Assembly: GCA_003539495.1 (NCBI GenBank)
Contig: DPPB01000031.1
Location: forward strand, 21,407 to 85,406
Origin: Oscillibacter sp.
Lineage (GTDB): Bacteria; Bacillota; Clostridia; Oscillospirales; Oscillospiraceae
DNA: 64,000 nt
Direction: 5' to 3'
Shown: positions 8,655-18,869 of the stretch, in pieces
Layout: each line of letters opens with the position of its first letter
How positions within the stretch are numbered: the first letter of the stretch is position 1
Notes under the pieces: model-generated
Told to the model about the DNA's origin: nothing
What the model saw: only the letters and a program-made list of their open reading frames with translations
Database searches by the model: none
Made by a program: the position numbers and the translations under genes

Positions 8655-8971
8655 ACGCTCCGGCGGGGTGCCTTCACCAGCTCGATCTTGCGCTTGGTTT
8701 TATCGTGCTGCATGCGGTACAGGACGAATTTGTTCCCGATGACCTGCACCACCTCACTGCGGGTGGCAATCTTCAGCTCCTCGGCAGCCTCCCGCGCGGT
8801 GAGCATAGAATTCTCCAGCACCTTGCCCTTAACCAGCTCCCGGGCCTCCAGGGCATCGTCCGCCTGCTTCACCAGGTTGTCGCTGATGCCGTCCTTACCT
8901 ATATGAATGATGGTGTCCAGGGTAGAGGCCAGGCCCCGCAGCTGGGCACGCTGCTTGCTTGTCAGTTCCAT
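8651..8971 (-). CDS. yhbY: RNA-binding protein YhbY (CRM domain), ribosome assembly
   Basis: 106 aa with GKDGISDNLVKQADDALEARELVKGKV, the conserved CRS1/YhbY signature. Its position before nadD matches the Bacillus yqeI locus. Confidence 0.85.
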   Translation of the reverse strand: MELTSKQRAQLRGLASTLDTIIHIGKDGISDNLVKQADDALEARELVKGKVLENSMLTAREAAEELKIATRSEVVQVIGNKFVLYRMQHDKTKRKIELVKAPRRSV

Positions 8972-8973
8972 AA

Positions 8974-9564
8974 TCAGTTCTTCTCCAAATACTCTTTTAA
9001 TTCCACCGCAAAGGCCCGCAGGGCATTGCCCCGGTGGCTGATGGCGTTCTTCTCCTCAGCTGTCAGCTGGGCAAAGGTCTTGCGCAGACCCGGCACAAAG
9101 AATACCGGGTCGTAGCCGAAGCCGCCGTCTCCCATAGGGGCGTAGGCAATGGTGCCCGGGCATTCGCCCTCCGCCGTCAGCTCTGTGCCGTCGGGGAATA
9201 GGCACACCACCGAGGTGTGGAAATGGGCCGCCCGGGTCATGGAGCCCCGCATGTTCTGCAGCAGCAGGCGGCAGCGGGCCGCGTCGTCATCCAGCCCGCC
9301 GTACCGGGCGGAGTATACCCCCGGGGCGCCGTTTAGGGCATCTACACACAGGCCGCTGTCGTCGGCGATGGCCGGCAGACCGCTGGCCTCCATGACGGCC
9401 CTGGCCTTGATGCGGGCGTTTTCCGTGAACGTTGCGCCGTCCTCCTCCGGCTCGAGGTCCAGACCCAGATCCGATTGGAGCACCACCTCCACGCCCAGCT
9501 CACCTAAGATTTTCTGCATTTCTGCCAGCTTTCCCTTGTTGTGGGATGCCAATATGAATTTCAT
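8974..9564 (-). CDS. rdgB: dITP/XTP pyrophosphatase RdgB (Ham1 family)
   Basis: MKFILASHNKGKLAEMQKIL… and FGYDPVFFVPG motifs. Adjacent to rph as in many Firmicutes. Confidence 0.9.
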   Translation of the reverse strand: MKFILASHNKGKLAEMQKILGELGVEVVLQSDLGLDLEPEEDGATFTENARIKARAVMEASGLPAIADDSGLCVDALNGAPGVYSARYGGLDDDAARCRLLLQNMRGSMTRAAHFHTSVVCLFPDGTELTAEGECPGTIAYAPMGDGGFGYDPVFFVPGLRKTFAQLTAEEKNAISHRGNALRAFAVELKEYLEKN

Positions 9565-9577
9565 AATGCCGTCTCCT

Positions 9578-10294
9578 TTACCGCTGCAAAATCTCCCGCT
9601 GCTTTTCCATCAGCTCCCGGATGCCCTTCGCGCACAGGCGCACCAGCTCCTGCTGCTCCGAGAGGGTAAAGCTTCGGCCCTCGCCGGTGCCCTGGAGCTC
9701 AATGAGTTCTCCTTTTTCGTTCATGACGCAGTTCAGGTCTACCTGGGCCCGGCTGTCCTCGCTGTAGGGCAGATCCAGCACAGGCACCTCGTCGATGATG
9801 CCCGCACTCACTGCCGCCACCTGGTGGATAATGGGGTCCCGCATTACCTTCCCCTCCGCCAGCAGCTTGCGGCAGGCCAGGGCTAGGGCCACAAAGCCGC
9901 CGGTAACGGAGGCGGTACGGGTGCCGCCGTCCCCCTGCAAAACATCGCAATCCACGGTGATAGTCCGCTCCCCCAGAGCCTCCCTGTCCACCGCCGAGCG
10001 GAGGCTGCGGCCGATAAGCCGCTGAATTTCCGCACTGCGGCCGGAGAGCTTCAGCTTGTCAATGTCCCGGTGGGAGCGCTCCCGGTTAGCCCGGGGCAGC
10101 ATGGAGTATTCCGCCGTCACCCAGCCGTGTCCTTCCGGCACATGGGGCGGCGTTTTCTCCTCCACCGAGGCGTTGCACAGCACCACCGTGTCGCCGCAGC
10201 GAATCAGGACGCTGCCCTCGGCGAATTTTATATAGTCCTTTGTCAGCTCCACGGGGCGAAGCTGGTCAAAGGCCCGTCCGTCTGCTCTGGTCAT
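9578..10294 (-). CDS. rph: Ribonuclease PH
   Basis: 238 aa with …DCDVLQGDGGTRTASVTGGFVAL…, the canonical RNase PH phosphate-binding motif. Confidence 0.9.
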   Translation of the reverse strand: MTRADGRAFDQLRPVELTKDYIKFAEGSVLIRCGDTVVLCNASVEEKTPPHVPEGHGWVTAEYSMLPRANRERSHRDIDKLKLSGRSAEIQRLIGRSLRSAVDREALGERTITVDCDVLQGDGGTRTASVTGGFVALALACRKLLAEGKVMRDPIIHQVAAVSAGIIDEVPVLDLPYSEDSRAQVDLNCVMNEKGELIELQGTGEGRSFTLSEQQELVRLCAKGIRELMEKQREILQR

Positions 10295-10307
10295 AGTCTC
10301 CCCCCTG

Positions 10308-11177
10308 TTAAAACAGATCGTTTACAAATTCCTCCGGGTCAAAGGGCTTCAGATCGTCGATACCCTCGCCCACGCCTACAAATTTAACCGGCACGCCCAG
10401 CTCCCTTGCGATGGCGATAACGATACCGCCCTTGGCCGTGCCGTCCAGCTTGGTAAGCACGATGCCCGTTAGGCCCGCCGTCTCCTTGAAGCTCCGGGCC
10501 TGGATAAGCCCGTTTTGCCCGGTGGTGGCGTCCAGCACCAGCAGCGTCTCCCGGCCCGCCTCCGGCAGCTCCCGGTCAATGATCTTGCGGAGCTTGGCCA
10601 GCTCGTTCATCAGGTTCTGCTTATTGTGCAGCCGCCCGGCGGTGTCGCACAGGACCACATCTATATTCCGGGCCTTGGCCGCCTGCAATGCATCAAACAG
10701 CACCGCTCCGGGGTCGGCCCCCTCATGCTGGCGCACAATAGGCACGTCCGCCCGCTTGGCCCATATCTCCAGCTGGTCGGCGGCAGCGGCCCGGAAGGTA
10801 TCCGCCGCGCAGAGCAGGACCTTCTTGCCCTCCGCCTTCAGGCGGTTGGCCAGCTTGCCGATGGAGGTAGTCTTTCCCACGCCGTTGACGCCGATGACCA
10901 GGATCACCGTGGGGCTCTTGGCGGTGTCCAGAGCAGTCTCGCCCACGGACAGCTTCTGCAGCAATATCTTCCGCAGCTCCGCCTTCACCTGTTCCGGATC
11001 CTTCATGTCGTAGCTGAACACGGCGTTGCGCAGGGAGTTCACCGACTCAGCGGCGATGTTCACCCCCACATCCGCCAGGATCAGGGATTCCTCCAGGTTA
11101 TCAAAAAATTCATCGTCTAGCTTTTCCCAGTTCACATCCCCGAACCAGGCCTGCTTGAGCTTGCTGAAAATACCCAT
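10308..11177 (-). CDS. ftsY: Signal recognition particle receptor FtsY (short form)
   Basis: NG domain GVNGVGKTT, DTAGR and TKLDGTAKGG motifs. Start ATG 11177 preceded by AGGAGG. The ORF-track extension to 11252 is unlikely. Confidence 0.9.
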   Translation of the reverse strand: MGIFSKLKQAWFGDVNWEKLDDEFFDNLEESLILADVGVNIAAESVNSLRNAVFSYDMKDPEQVKAELRKILLQKLSVGETALDTAKSPTVILVIGVNGVGKTTSIGKLANRLKAEGKKVLLCAADTFRAAAADQLEIWAKRADVPIVRQHEGADPGAVLFDALQAAKARNIDVVLCDTAGRLHNKQNLMNELAKLRKIIDRELPEAGRETLLVLDATTGQNGLIQARSFKETAGLTGIVLTKLDGTAKGGIVIAIARELGVPVKFVGVGEGIDDLKPFDPEEFVNDLF

Positions 11178-11255
11178 ATGCTGCCTCCTGTTGCAATAAT
11201 CAAAATGTATCGTTCCACTTTCGGCGAGCCAATACCCGCCGGGCCGCTCCATGCC

Positions 11256-11340
11256 CTTTCATAGGGGCGCCCCTCACGGTCGCCCGCCACTCAAGCAGTG
11301 GGGCGTCGAGGACGCCGCCCCCTACGAAATTCTATTGAAA
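11256..11340. repeat. Family-A-related palindromic repeat in the smc-ftsY intergenic region
   Basis: GGGGCGCCCCTCACGGTCGCCC and CCCTACGAAATTCTATTG… resemble the GGCGGCGTGCCCTCACGCCGCC / CCCTACGAAGTG… modules of the copies at 893-925 and 58787-58841. Confidence 0.5.
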
Positions 11341-11463
11341 AACGGCATGCAGGGGTCGGCCTCCCGGATGACCCGAGCCACACTTGCACTGCATTTTCTG
11401 CAATATGCCCAATGTGTCATTGTGCGGCCAGTGCGCACACCGGCTGTGGCCATCCGTTTTCCC

Positions 11464-14400
11464 TCACTTGATTTTCATTTCCTTGCTCAGCTCATTGAGG
11501 TTGGCCGTGAGCACCGTGGAGACGCCCCGCTCCTGCATAGTGATGCCGTAGAGCACGTCCGCCTCCTCCATGGTGCCGCGCCGGTGGGTGATGACGATGA
11601 ACTGAGTCTTGCCGGCAATGCGCCGCATATACCTGGCGTAGCGCACCACATTGGATTCATCCAGTGCCGCCTCGATCTCATCCATCACGCAGAACGGCGT
11701 GGGATGCACCTTCAGTATGGCGAAATACAGGGCGATGGCCACAAATGCCTTCTCCCCGCCTGAGAGCAGCGACAGGGTCTTCAGCTGCTTGCCCGGGGGC
11801 TGGGCCTTGATCTCAATGCCGCAGCGGAGGATGTCGTTTTCATCCTCTAATTCCAGGGTGGCCCGGCCGCCGCCGAACAGCTCCAGGAAGGTCTCCTGGA
11901 AGCTCTGCTTGAGTATCTCAAACTGGGTAGCGAAGATCTCCGTCATCTGCTTGGTGATCTCCTCGATGATGCCCAGCAGCTCCTCCTTGGCTTTCTCCAC
12001 GTCGTTTCGCTGGTCGGAGAGATAGGTATAGCGGGTGTTCACCCGGTCAAACTCCTCAATGGCGCCGATGTTGATGGCTCCCAGGCCCTTGATCTCCCGA
12101 TTCAGCTCGCCGATGCGCCGGGTGGCCTTGGGCACGCTCTCCAGCTCGACACGCAGGGCCTGGGCATCGCTGTGGCTTAGCTCGTACCGCTCCCACAGCT
12201 TATCCAGAATTTGCTTTTCCTCCAGAGCGCTGCCGTTTAATTTGCCCTCCAGGCGGGTCACCTCTCTCTCACAGTTGAGGAGTGTGTCATTGCAGGTGCG
12301 GCTGAGGCGGTCCGTCTGGCTGCGCCGGGTCTCCAGGGCCATCTTCTCCTCCGAGAGCTTCTGCAGTGCCTGCCGGTGCTCCTCGATGCCGCCGCGCAGC
12401 TCCCGGGCCTCCTGCTGCTGCCGCTCCTCCTCGGCCCGAGCCTGGGCCATAGCCTGCTCCATTTGGGCGCGCAGACTCTCCCGGTCGGTGTGCTCGCCCT
12501 CCAGGCTCTCCCGCAATCGGGACAGATCCTCCATGCTGCGCCGGGCGCTTTCGCCCTCGGCGGAAAGCGCCGCCTGTTGGGCCTTTTTCTCCGTCAATCG
12601 GTCCGTCATTTCACCCAAGCCCTGCCGGGCAGTCTCCTGCCGGCGCTGCAGCATTTCTATTTCCTCCCGGGTCTCTTCCGCTCGGGCAGTAAAGTCCGCA
12701 ATAGTCCGGCGGATAGTATCCATCCGTCCGGCGTCGTCGGTGCTGCGCTTTTGCAGGTTTTCCTTTTGGATGCGCAGGCTCTCTTGCTGCTGCTCCAGGC
12801 TCTCTATGAGCATGTCATAGTGATTTTTACGCCCCTCCAGGGTCAGCACCCGGTCATTGGCCTGGCGCTGCTGGTCCCGGGCCACCTCCAGCTCGTACTG
12901 GGCCTTCTGCAGCTCCCGGTTGGCACTCTCGGCCAGGAGGGTGGCTTCCTGAAGCTGAGATTGGATCTTTTTCAGCTTTTTGTGCAGCTGCTCCAGCTCC
13001 CCGGACCGGGACAGGATACCCGCATTGCGGCTGACGCTGCCGCCGGTCATGGAGCCGCCGGCGTTGATGACCTGGCCGTCCAGAGTGACGATGCGGAAGC
13101 GGTTGTCGTGGCGCTTAGCCATTTGTATGCCGCAATCCAGATCCTCCACCACCACGGTGGCACCCAGCAAATTCTCAATGACGCTGCCATAGCGCCCGTC
13201 ACAGCGTACCAGCTCCGAGGCGATGCCCACGAAGCCGTATTCGTTTTCCAGCCCGTTTTCCCGGAGGCTCCTGCCCCGGATGGTGTCCAGCGGCAGGAAG
13301 GTAGCCCGGCCGCCGTCCCGCTGTTTTAATAGGCCGATGGCGTTTTTTCCGTCGTTTTTTGTGTCCACCACAATGTGCTGCAGAGCGCCGCCCAAGGCGA
13401 TCTCAATGGCCACGCTGCAATCCTTATCGGTGTGGATGAGGTTGCCCACCGGGCCGTGGATGCCCGAGAGTGTCCGGGCCTCGGCGGCCCGCATGACGAT
13501 CTTCACCGCCTTGGAAAAGCCTTCATACTCCTTCTCCATCTCGCTGAGCAGGCGGATCCGGTCGGCGATAGTCTTTTCCTGTAGGGAGAGCTGATTTTTC
13601 TGCTCTATGCTCTCCTTGGCTCGGCGCTGGCGGCCCTCCATTTTCAGGCTGTGGCCGCCGATGATGTTGGCGGCAGCCTGCTCCTCCTCCTGGGCGGACA
13701 GCAGCTCCTTTTCGTTCTGTGCGGCCTCCCGGCGGGTCTGCGTCAGCTTTTCCTCACTCTGTGTCAGTTCCTCCGTCAGCTCCGCCGTGCGCTGGGCGAT
13801 CTCGTCCGACCCGGCAGTAATAGCAGACAGCTCTGCCTGGGCCTGGGCCGCCCCGGCCACCTCCTGGGCCTCCCGGCGGCGCAGCTGCTCCAGTTGGGCC
13901 GCCGCCGCCGCTGCCGCGTCGCTACTGCCGCGCATTTCCTCGCAGAGGGCTGCTATCTCGTTTTCCAGGGTCCGGGCGGAGGCGTCTATTTCCTCCATGC
14001 GCCGGGCCATGACCTGCATCTGCTCGTGCAGGGACTCCGTGCGGCTGCGGCTCTCGCTCATCTCCCGATCCATGCGCTCGATGGTCTCGGCGTGGTGCTG
14101 AGCCGTGGTCCGAGCCACGGCGGCGGCGGATTCATGCTCGCCTATAGCGCTCTCCAGGGCTGAGATCCTTCCTCGCTTTTCCTCGGCAGCGCAGTCGTTT
14201 TCATGGAGCAGACGGGAGCATTCCTCCGCCTGGGCATATACCCGGTCCAGCTCGTCCTGGGCCTTTTTCTGGTCGGCCTGGGCCGTCTCAAAATCCGCTT
14301 GCAGCTTCAGCCGGTCCGCCTTCAGCTTCTGCAGGTTCTCCAGCCAGACGCTGATCTCCAGGGTCCGCAGCTCATCCCGGAGCACCAGGTATTTCTTGGC

Positions 14401-15042
14401 CGTCTCCGCCTGCTTGCGCAGGGGCTCCACCTGCAGCTCCAGTTCTGTGATCTTATCGTTGATGCGCACCAGGTTCTCCTCTGTGCGCTGGAGCTTCCGC
14501 TCGGACTCCTCCTTGCGGTGGCGGTACTTGCTGATGCCCGCCGCCTCCTCGAATACCTCCCGCCTGTCGTCGCTGCGGACGGAGAGGATCTCATCGATCT
14601 TACCCTGGCCAATGATGGAATAGCCCTCCCGGCCCATGCCGGTGTCCATGAACAGCTCATTCACGTCCTTGAGCCGCACGGATTGGCGGTTGATATAATA
14701 CTCAGACTCCCCGCTGCGGTAATAGCGGCGGGTCACCGCCACCTCCGCCTCATCGCGGTTAAATATATGCTCGGTATTGTCAATGACCAGCGTCACCTGG
14801 GCAAAACCCATGGCCCGGCGCTTTTCGGTGCCGCCGAAGATTACATCCTCCATCTTGGCGCCGCGAAGCTGGCGGCTGTTTTGCTCACCCATGACCCAGC
14901 GGATGGCATCGGATATATTGGACTTTCCGGACCCATTGGGGCCCACGATGGCGGTGATGTCCTCGCCAAAGTTTAGCACCGTTTTGTCCGGAAAGGACTT
15001 GAAGCCTTGAATTTCCAAAGCCTTTAAGTACACGCAGTTCAC
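11464..15042 (-). CDS. smc: Chromosome partition protein SMC
   Basis: 1192 aa. Walker A GPNGSGKSN at the N-terminus, long coiled coils, a hinge, and C-terminal LSGGEKAFVAIAL / Walker B CVMDEIEAALD. Collinear with B. subtilis Smc. Confidence 0.95.
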   Translation of the reverse strand: MNCVYLKALEIQGFKSFPDKTVLNFGEDITAIVGPNGSGKSNISDAIRWVMGEQNSRQLRGAKMEDVIFGGTEKRRAMGFAQVTLVIDNTEHIFNRDEAEVAVTRRYYRSGESEYYINRQSVRLKDVNELFMDTGMGREGYSIIGQGKIDEILSVRSDDRREVFEEAAGISKYRHRKEESERKLQRTEENLVRINDKITELELQVEPLRKQAETAKKYLVLRDELRTLEISVWLENLQKLKADRLKLQADFETAQADQKKAQDELDRVYAQAEECSRLLHENDCAAEEKRGRISALESAIGEHESAAAVARTTAQHHAETIERMDREMSESRSRTESLHEQMQVMARRMEEIDASARTLENEIAALCEEMRGSSDAAAAAAAQLEQLRRREAQEVAGAAQAQAELSAITAGSDEIAQRTAELTEELTQSEEKLTQTRREAAQNEKELLSAQEEEQAAANIIGGHSLKMEGRQRRAKESIEQKNQLSLQEKTIADRIRLLSEMEKEYEGFSKAVKIVMRAAEARTLSGIHGPVGNLIHTDKDCSVAIEIALGGALQHIVVDTKNDGKNAIGLLKQRDGGRATFLPLDTIRGRSLRENGLENEYGFVGIASELVRCDGRYGSVIENLLGATVVVEDLDCGIQMAKRHDNRFRIVTLDGQVINAGGSMTGGSVSRNAGILSRSGELEQLHKKLKKIQSQLQEATLLAESANRELQKAQYELEVARDQQRQANDRVLTLEGRKNHYDMLIESLEQQQESLRIQKENLQKRSTDDAGRMDTIRRTIADFTARAEETREEIEMLQRRQETARQGLGEMTDRLTEKKAQQAALSAEGESARRSMEDLSRLRESLEGEHTDRESLRAQMEQAMAQARAEEERQQQEARELRGGIEEHRQALQKLSEEKMALETRRSQTDRLSRTCNDTLLNCEREVTRLEGKLNGSALEEKQILDKLWERYELSHSDAQALRVELESVPKATRRIGELNREIKGLGAINIGAIEEFDRVNTRYTYLSDQRNDVEKAKEELLGIIEEITKQMTEIFATQFEILKQSFQETFLELFGGGRATLELEDENDILRCGIEIKAQPPGKQLKTLSLLSGGEKAFVAIALYFAILKVHPTPFCVMDEIEAALDESNVVRYARYMRRIAGKTQFIVITHRRGTMEEADVLYGITMQERGVSTVLTANLNELSKEMKIK

Positions 15043-15198
15043 CTCGATTCAAAATACTGCCCTTTTCACTCGATGGCATACTTTAACTAAGTAATTGTAG
15101 CAGAAAGCGCCGCCGTTTTCAAGGCTAAAATAAATGTCCCAAGCCCAGCGTTTGTAGGACTACAACACATGCCCTCCCAAGTTCGTGAAAAAAATATC

Positions 15199-15227
15199 TT
15201 GCATTTCACTGTCGTATGGGGTACAAT
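15199..15227 (+). promoter_or_regulatory. Sigma-A type promoter (TTGCAT-N17-TACAAT) for panT-coaX
   Basis: Near-consensus hexamers about 80 nt upstream of the panT start. Confidence 0.55.
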
Positions 15228-15307
15228 GCCTTCGGCGTATACCAAACACACGCCAAAAATATGCGCTGCATCCGGATTCGCCGGAGCGGCAGCAGGAGGT
15301 TTGAAAA

Positions 15308-15877
15308 GTGAATCAGAAAACAAAGAACTTGGTGGGCGCAGGTGTGTTCACCGCCATTGTGTTGGTGCTGCAATTTTTAGGCGGTACCTTCCAAATCGGA
15401 GGGCTAAACATCAATGTATCCCTGGTACCCATTGTGGTGGGTGCTGCGGTATACGGATGGAAGGTAGGCGCCTGGCTGGGCCTCATGTCCGGCGGAGTGA
15501 TCCTCGTTGCCGGGCAGGCAGCGGCTTTCCTGCCTATCAATCCCTTGGGCACGATCGTAACGGTTTTGGTGAAAGGTACGCTGTGCGGCCTTATCGCCGG
15601 TCTTGTGTACACAGCCCTAAGCAAGAAGAATCAGTGGCTGGCCATTATCATGGCGGCCATTGTCTGCCCCGTAGTGAACACGGGCGTGTTTCTGCTGGGC
15701 TGCCTGGTGTTCTTCATGGACACTCTCAACGGCTGGGCTGCCGCTCTGGGCTATGAAAGTGCCGGAGCGTACATGGTTTTGGGTCTGGCGGGCGGCAACT
15801 TCTTACTGGAGATCGGCGTGAATGTGGTGCTGGCTCCGGTGATCTCCCGGCTTATCGCCATCGGCAAGAAGAAGTAA
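15308..15877 (+). CDS. panT: ECF-transporter substrate-specific S component, probably pantothenate (PanT-like)
   Basis: 189 aa, six TM helices, small glycine-rich ECF S-component topology. Lies immediately upstream of, and is co-transcribed with, type III pantothenate kinase. Confidence 0.6.
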   Translation: MNQKTKNLVGAGVFTAIVLVLQFLGGTFQIGGLNINVSLVPIVVGAAVYGWKVGAWLGLMSGGVILVAGQAAAFLPINPLGTIVTVLVKGTLCGLIAGLVYTALSKKNQWLAIIMAAIVCPVVNTGVFLLGCLVFFMDTLNGWAAALGYESAGAYMVLGLAGGNFLLEIGVNVVLAPVISRLIAIGKKK

Positions 15878-15881
15878 GGCG

Positions 15882-16664
15882 GTGGACGGAATGCTGCTGA
15901 CCGTTGATATAGGCAACTCCAATATCGTTTTCGGCCTGCCGGAGGGGGATGGCCGGTCGCGCAAGCTCTACCGCCTGGGCACCGTAGCAGATCGCCCGGC
16001 GGAGGAATACTTCGCCCTGGCAGATAGCCTCTTTGCCCGGGAGAGTGTGGATTTTTCTCAGGTAGACGGGGCGGTCATCTGCTCCGTGGTGCCGGTTTTG
16101 GTGCCGGTTTTGTCCCAAGTGGTACAGCACCTGACAGGAATCGTTCCCTACGTCATTACCCCTCGCTCCAAAAGTGGCTTGACCCTGGCCATCCCGGAAG
16201 CGGATACTCTGGGAAATGATATTTTGGCAGGCGATGCCGCTGCTGCGGCAGAATATCCCCTGCCTGCCATCATCTTTGATATGGGCACTGCCACCACCGT
16301 AACGGTAGTGGATCAGGACCGGCGGTACATCGGTGGGGCTATCCTGGCCGGGGTGCGGCTGGGTATCCAGGCCCTGTTTGCAGGCACGGCGCAGCTGCCG
16401 TCGGTGCCTATCCAGGCACCGAAGCAGGCCATCTGCGGCACGGCGCTGGAATCCATCCAAAGCGGCGCTGTGTTCGGCGCCGCAGCCATGATGGACGGTC
16501 TGGCAGATCGATTTGAGGCAGAGCTGGGGCAGAAATGTACGCTCCTGGCCACCGGCGGCCTGGCAGGCTGCATTGTCCCCTACTGCCGCAAGGATTTCAT
16601 CTACGACGAGAGCCTGCTGCTGCGGGGCATGGAGCGGATCTACCGGCTAAACTGCAAGCAATAG
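15882..16664 (+). CDS. coaX: Type III pantothenate kinase
   Basis: MLLTVDIGNSNIVFGL N-terminus, …IIFDMGTATT…, GGAILAG and ATGGLA: the Bvg-accessory/CoaX ASKHA motifs. Confidence 0.9.
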   Translation: MDGMLLTVDIGNSNIVFGLPEGDGRSRKLYRLGTVADRPAEEYFALADSLFARESVDFSQVDGAVICSVVPVLVPVLSQVVQHLTGIVPYVITPRSKSGLTLAIPEADTLGNDILAGDAAAAAEYPLPAIIFDMGTATTVTVVDQDRRYIGGAILAGVRLGIQALFAGTAQLPSVPIQAPKQAICGTALESIQSGAVFGAAAMMDGLADRFEAELGQKCTLLATGGLAGCIVPYCRKDFIYDESLLLRGMERIYRLNCKQ

Positions 16665-16746
16665 GTCACAAAACGCATTGCCAAGTGCCCCCAAAAAAGC
16701 CTGGCAAATACATTGTAATGAAATTTATTTAAGCCGACAAAGGGGC

Positions 16747-16789
16747 TTGCCATCTGTAATTTACAGACGGCAAGCCCCTTCAGCTTTGC
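16747..16789. terminator. Long imperfect hairpin in the convergent coaX / ABC-ATPase intergenic region (probable terminator)
   Basis: aaggggcttgccatctgtaa / ttacagacggcaagcccctt is a 20-bp stem with one mismatch. T-runs are weak. Confidence 0.4.
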
Positions 16790-17010
16790 CTTGATCCCGC
16801 AATTGCTGCAGCACTCCAGCGGTGATCATATTCAGCACCATCCGATCTGAGATGGTATCATACTTATCTAACAAATGGGGTATGGTTCATTCCTTGCGGC
16901 GTTCTGTTTTCCTATAGCATTTTTCATTACGGAGTCAGTATACACTGGCTCCGTAATCTGTTCTCCCTGCCGCTGCGTTAACATTATGTGCACAGCGGAC
17001 TATTGCCTCT

Positions 17011-17039
17011 TTGTGGGAAACCATTGGTTTTTCCCACAA
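17011..17039. terminator. Hairpin just downstream of the ABC-ATPase gene
   Basis: ttgtgggaaa-ccattggttt-ttcccacaa inverted repeat 5 nt after the stop. Confidence 0.4.
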
Positions 17040-17043
17040 GCTC

Positions 17044-17799
17044 TTATTTTCGGCACTCCTCCGTGATGCGCTGCTTCAGCTCCCGCATCTGTGGCTCGTC
17101 CACATCCCGGGGGTAGGCGTTGTCTGCCAAGCTGCACTCCCACAGGCTGCTGTCCGAGTGCATCACCACAATCTTCTGTGCAAGCAAAATCGCCTCGTCC
17201 AGCTGGTGGGTCACCAGCACAATAGTCCGGGGCATCCGAGCCTGAATCTGCAAAAGCTGGCTCTGCAGCTCTGCCCGGGTAAGAAAATCCAGGGCTGCAA
17301 AGGGCTCGTCCATTAAAAGCAGCTCCGCCTGACCGGCCAGCACCCGTGCCAAACCCAGCCGCTGCTTCATGCCTGTGGATAGCTCCGCCGGGGTCAGGTC
17401 CGCATAGTCTGTTAGGCCCACCATCTCCACAAAATCCTCTGACAGCTGCAGCCGCTCCTCCGGGGTGCGGCCCACGCCGCAGGCCATGGCTACATTGCGC
17501 AGGACGCTGGTCCAGGTGATAACATAGGGATCGGGACTGAGTACGGCACTGTGCCAGCCCTCCGGAATTTCAATCTCCCCGGAATCGGGCTGATCCTGCC
17601 CGGAAAGCAGGCGCAGCAGCGTGCTTTTTCCGCACCCGCTGCGGCCCACCAGGACGGTGAGCTGTCCCAGCGGAAAGGTCACATTCACGTCCCGCAGCAC
17701 TTGCCGTGTGCGGGTAGGAGGTTGCGCGTGGTCGATCATAATATCCGTGGATTGGGTGGTATAGGACTTGCACACATGGCGCAGAGTGATGTCGTTCAT
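17044..17799 (-). CDS. ABC transporter ATP-binding protein (NitT/TauT-like), orphan
   Basis: Walker A GRSGCGKST, signature LSTGMKQRLGLAR and Walker B LLLMDEPFAALD. No permease or binding-protein gene is adjacent. Starts 22 nt after the spoVK stop. Confidence 0.8.
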   Translation of the reverse strand: MNDITLRHVCKSYTTQSTDIMIDHAQPPTRTRQVLRDVNVTFPLGQLTVLVGRSGCGKSTLLRLLSGQDQPDSGEIEIPEGWHSAVLSPDPYVITWTSVLRNVAMACGVGRTPEERLQLSEDFVEMVGLTDYADLTPAELSTGMKQRLGLARVLAGQAELLLMDEPFAALDFLTRAELQSQLLQIQARMPRTIVLVTHQLDEAILLAQKIVVMHSDSSLWECSLADNAYPRDVDEPQMRELKQRITEECRK

Positions 17800-17821
17800 A
17801 GGTCTTGCTGCCTCGCTTTTA

Positions 17822-18853
17822 TCATTCGTCTATCTTGCCCCGGGCATGGAGCACATCGTCCGGTAGAATCTGCATCAGGTCGTCCCGGGTCACGTTCTCC
17901 ATTTTCGCCAGGCGGTTATTCTGAGCCACCAGGATATGCTCAAAGAGATTGCGCACACCCCGGGCGTTGCCAAAGGAATCGTCGGCACTCTCCTCGGCGA
18001 TGAAGTCCCGCACCAGCTCCTCGGTGCCCTGGGCCAGCACATAGCAGCCCTTCTTGCACTGCATCTTGAATATAGCTACCATCTGCTCCGGAGTATAATC
18101 CTCAAACATCAAAAAGCGGTTAAAGCGAGACTCCAGGCCTGGGTTAGAGTGGATGAACCGGTCCATCAGCTCCGTGTAGCCCGCCACGATGACCACCAGA
18201 TCGTCCCGGTGATCCTCCATAGCCTTTAGGATCGTGTCAATGGCCTCCTGGCCAAAGTCGTTTTCGCTCTTGCCGTTGAGGGCGTAGGCCTCGTCGATAA
18301 ACAGCACGCCGCCCATGGCCTTTTCAATGACCTTTTGGGTCTTTAGGGCCGTCTGGCCCACATAGCCGGCCACCAGACCGCTGCGGTCCACCTCCACCAG
18401 CTGGCCCTTGGAGAGGATATCCAGGCTGTGATAGATGCGGGACATAATGCGGGCCACGGTGGTCTTGCCGGTGCCGGGGTTGCCGGAAAAGACCATGTGC
18501 AGTGACATATCTGTGGTGGGGAGGTCATGCTCCCGGCGCAGCTTATAGACCTGGACCATGTTGATGAGGCTGCGCACCTCGGTCTTGATGGCGTCCATGC
18601 CCACATAGCTATCCAGCTCCGCCAGCAGGTCCTCGATTTTCTCCTTAGGGGGAATTTCTTCCTTTTCCTCGGGCTTTGCCGCCTGGGTCTGGGAGGCCGG
18701 TTTCTCGGATTTTTCCGATATTGGGGGCTGGTTCGTCTTTTTTTCCATCAAGGGCGTGCCCCAAAAATCCGTGTCCATGCTACGGAGGTTCCGCTCGGTC
18801 ATGGAGCGGATCAGATCCATTTGCTGCAAAATGATCTCGTCTTTTCTGTCCAT
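17822..18853 (-). CDS. spoVK: Stage V sporulation protein K-like AAA+ ATPase
   Basis: AAA+ core GNPGTGKTTVAR, Walker B VLFIDEAY and sensor motifs. Architecture as SpoVK/CbbX. Start ATG 18853 has RBS GGTGAGGAG, and the first 47 codons of the track ORF are excluded. Confidence 0.75.
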   Translation of the reverse strand: MDRKDEIILQQMDLIRSMTERNLRSMDTDFWGTPLMEKKTNQPPISEKSEKPASQTQAAKPEEKEEIPPKEKIEDLLAELDSYVGMDAIKTEVRSLINMVQVYKLRREHDLPTTDMSLHMVFSGNPGTGKTTVARIMSRIYHSLDILSKGQLVEVDRSGLVAGYVGQTALKTQKVIEKAMGGVLFIDEAYALNGKSENDFGQEAIDTILKAMEDHRDDLVVIVAGYTELMDRFIHSNPGLESRFNRFLMFEDYTPEQMVAIFKMQCKKGCYVLAQGTEELVRDFIAEESADDSFGNARGVRNLFEHILVAQNNRLAKMENVTRDDLMQILPDDVLHARGKIDE

Positions 18854-18869
18854 ATTTGCTCTCCTCACC

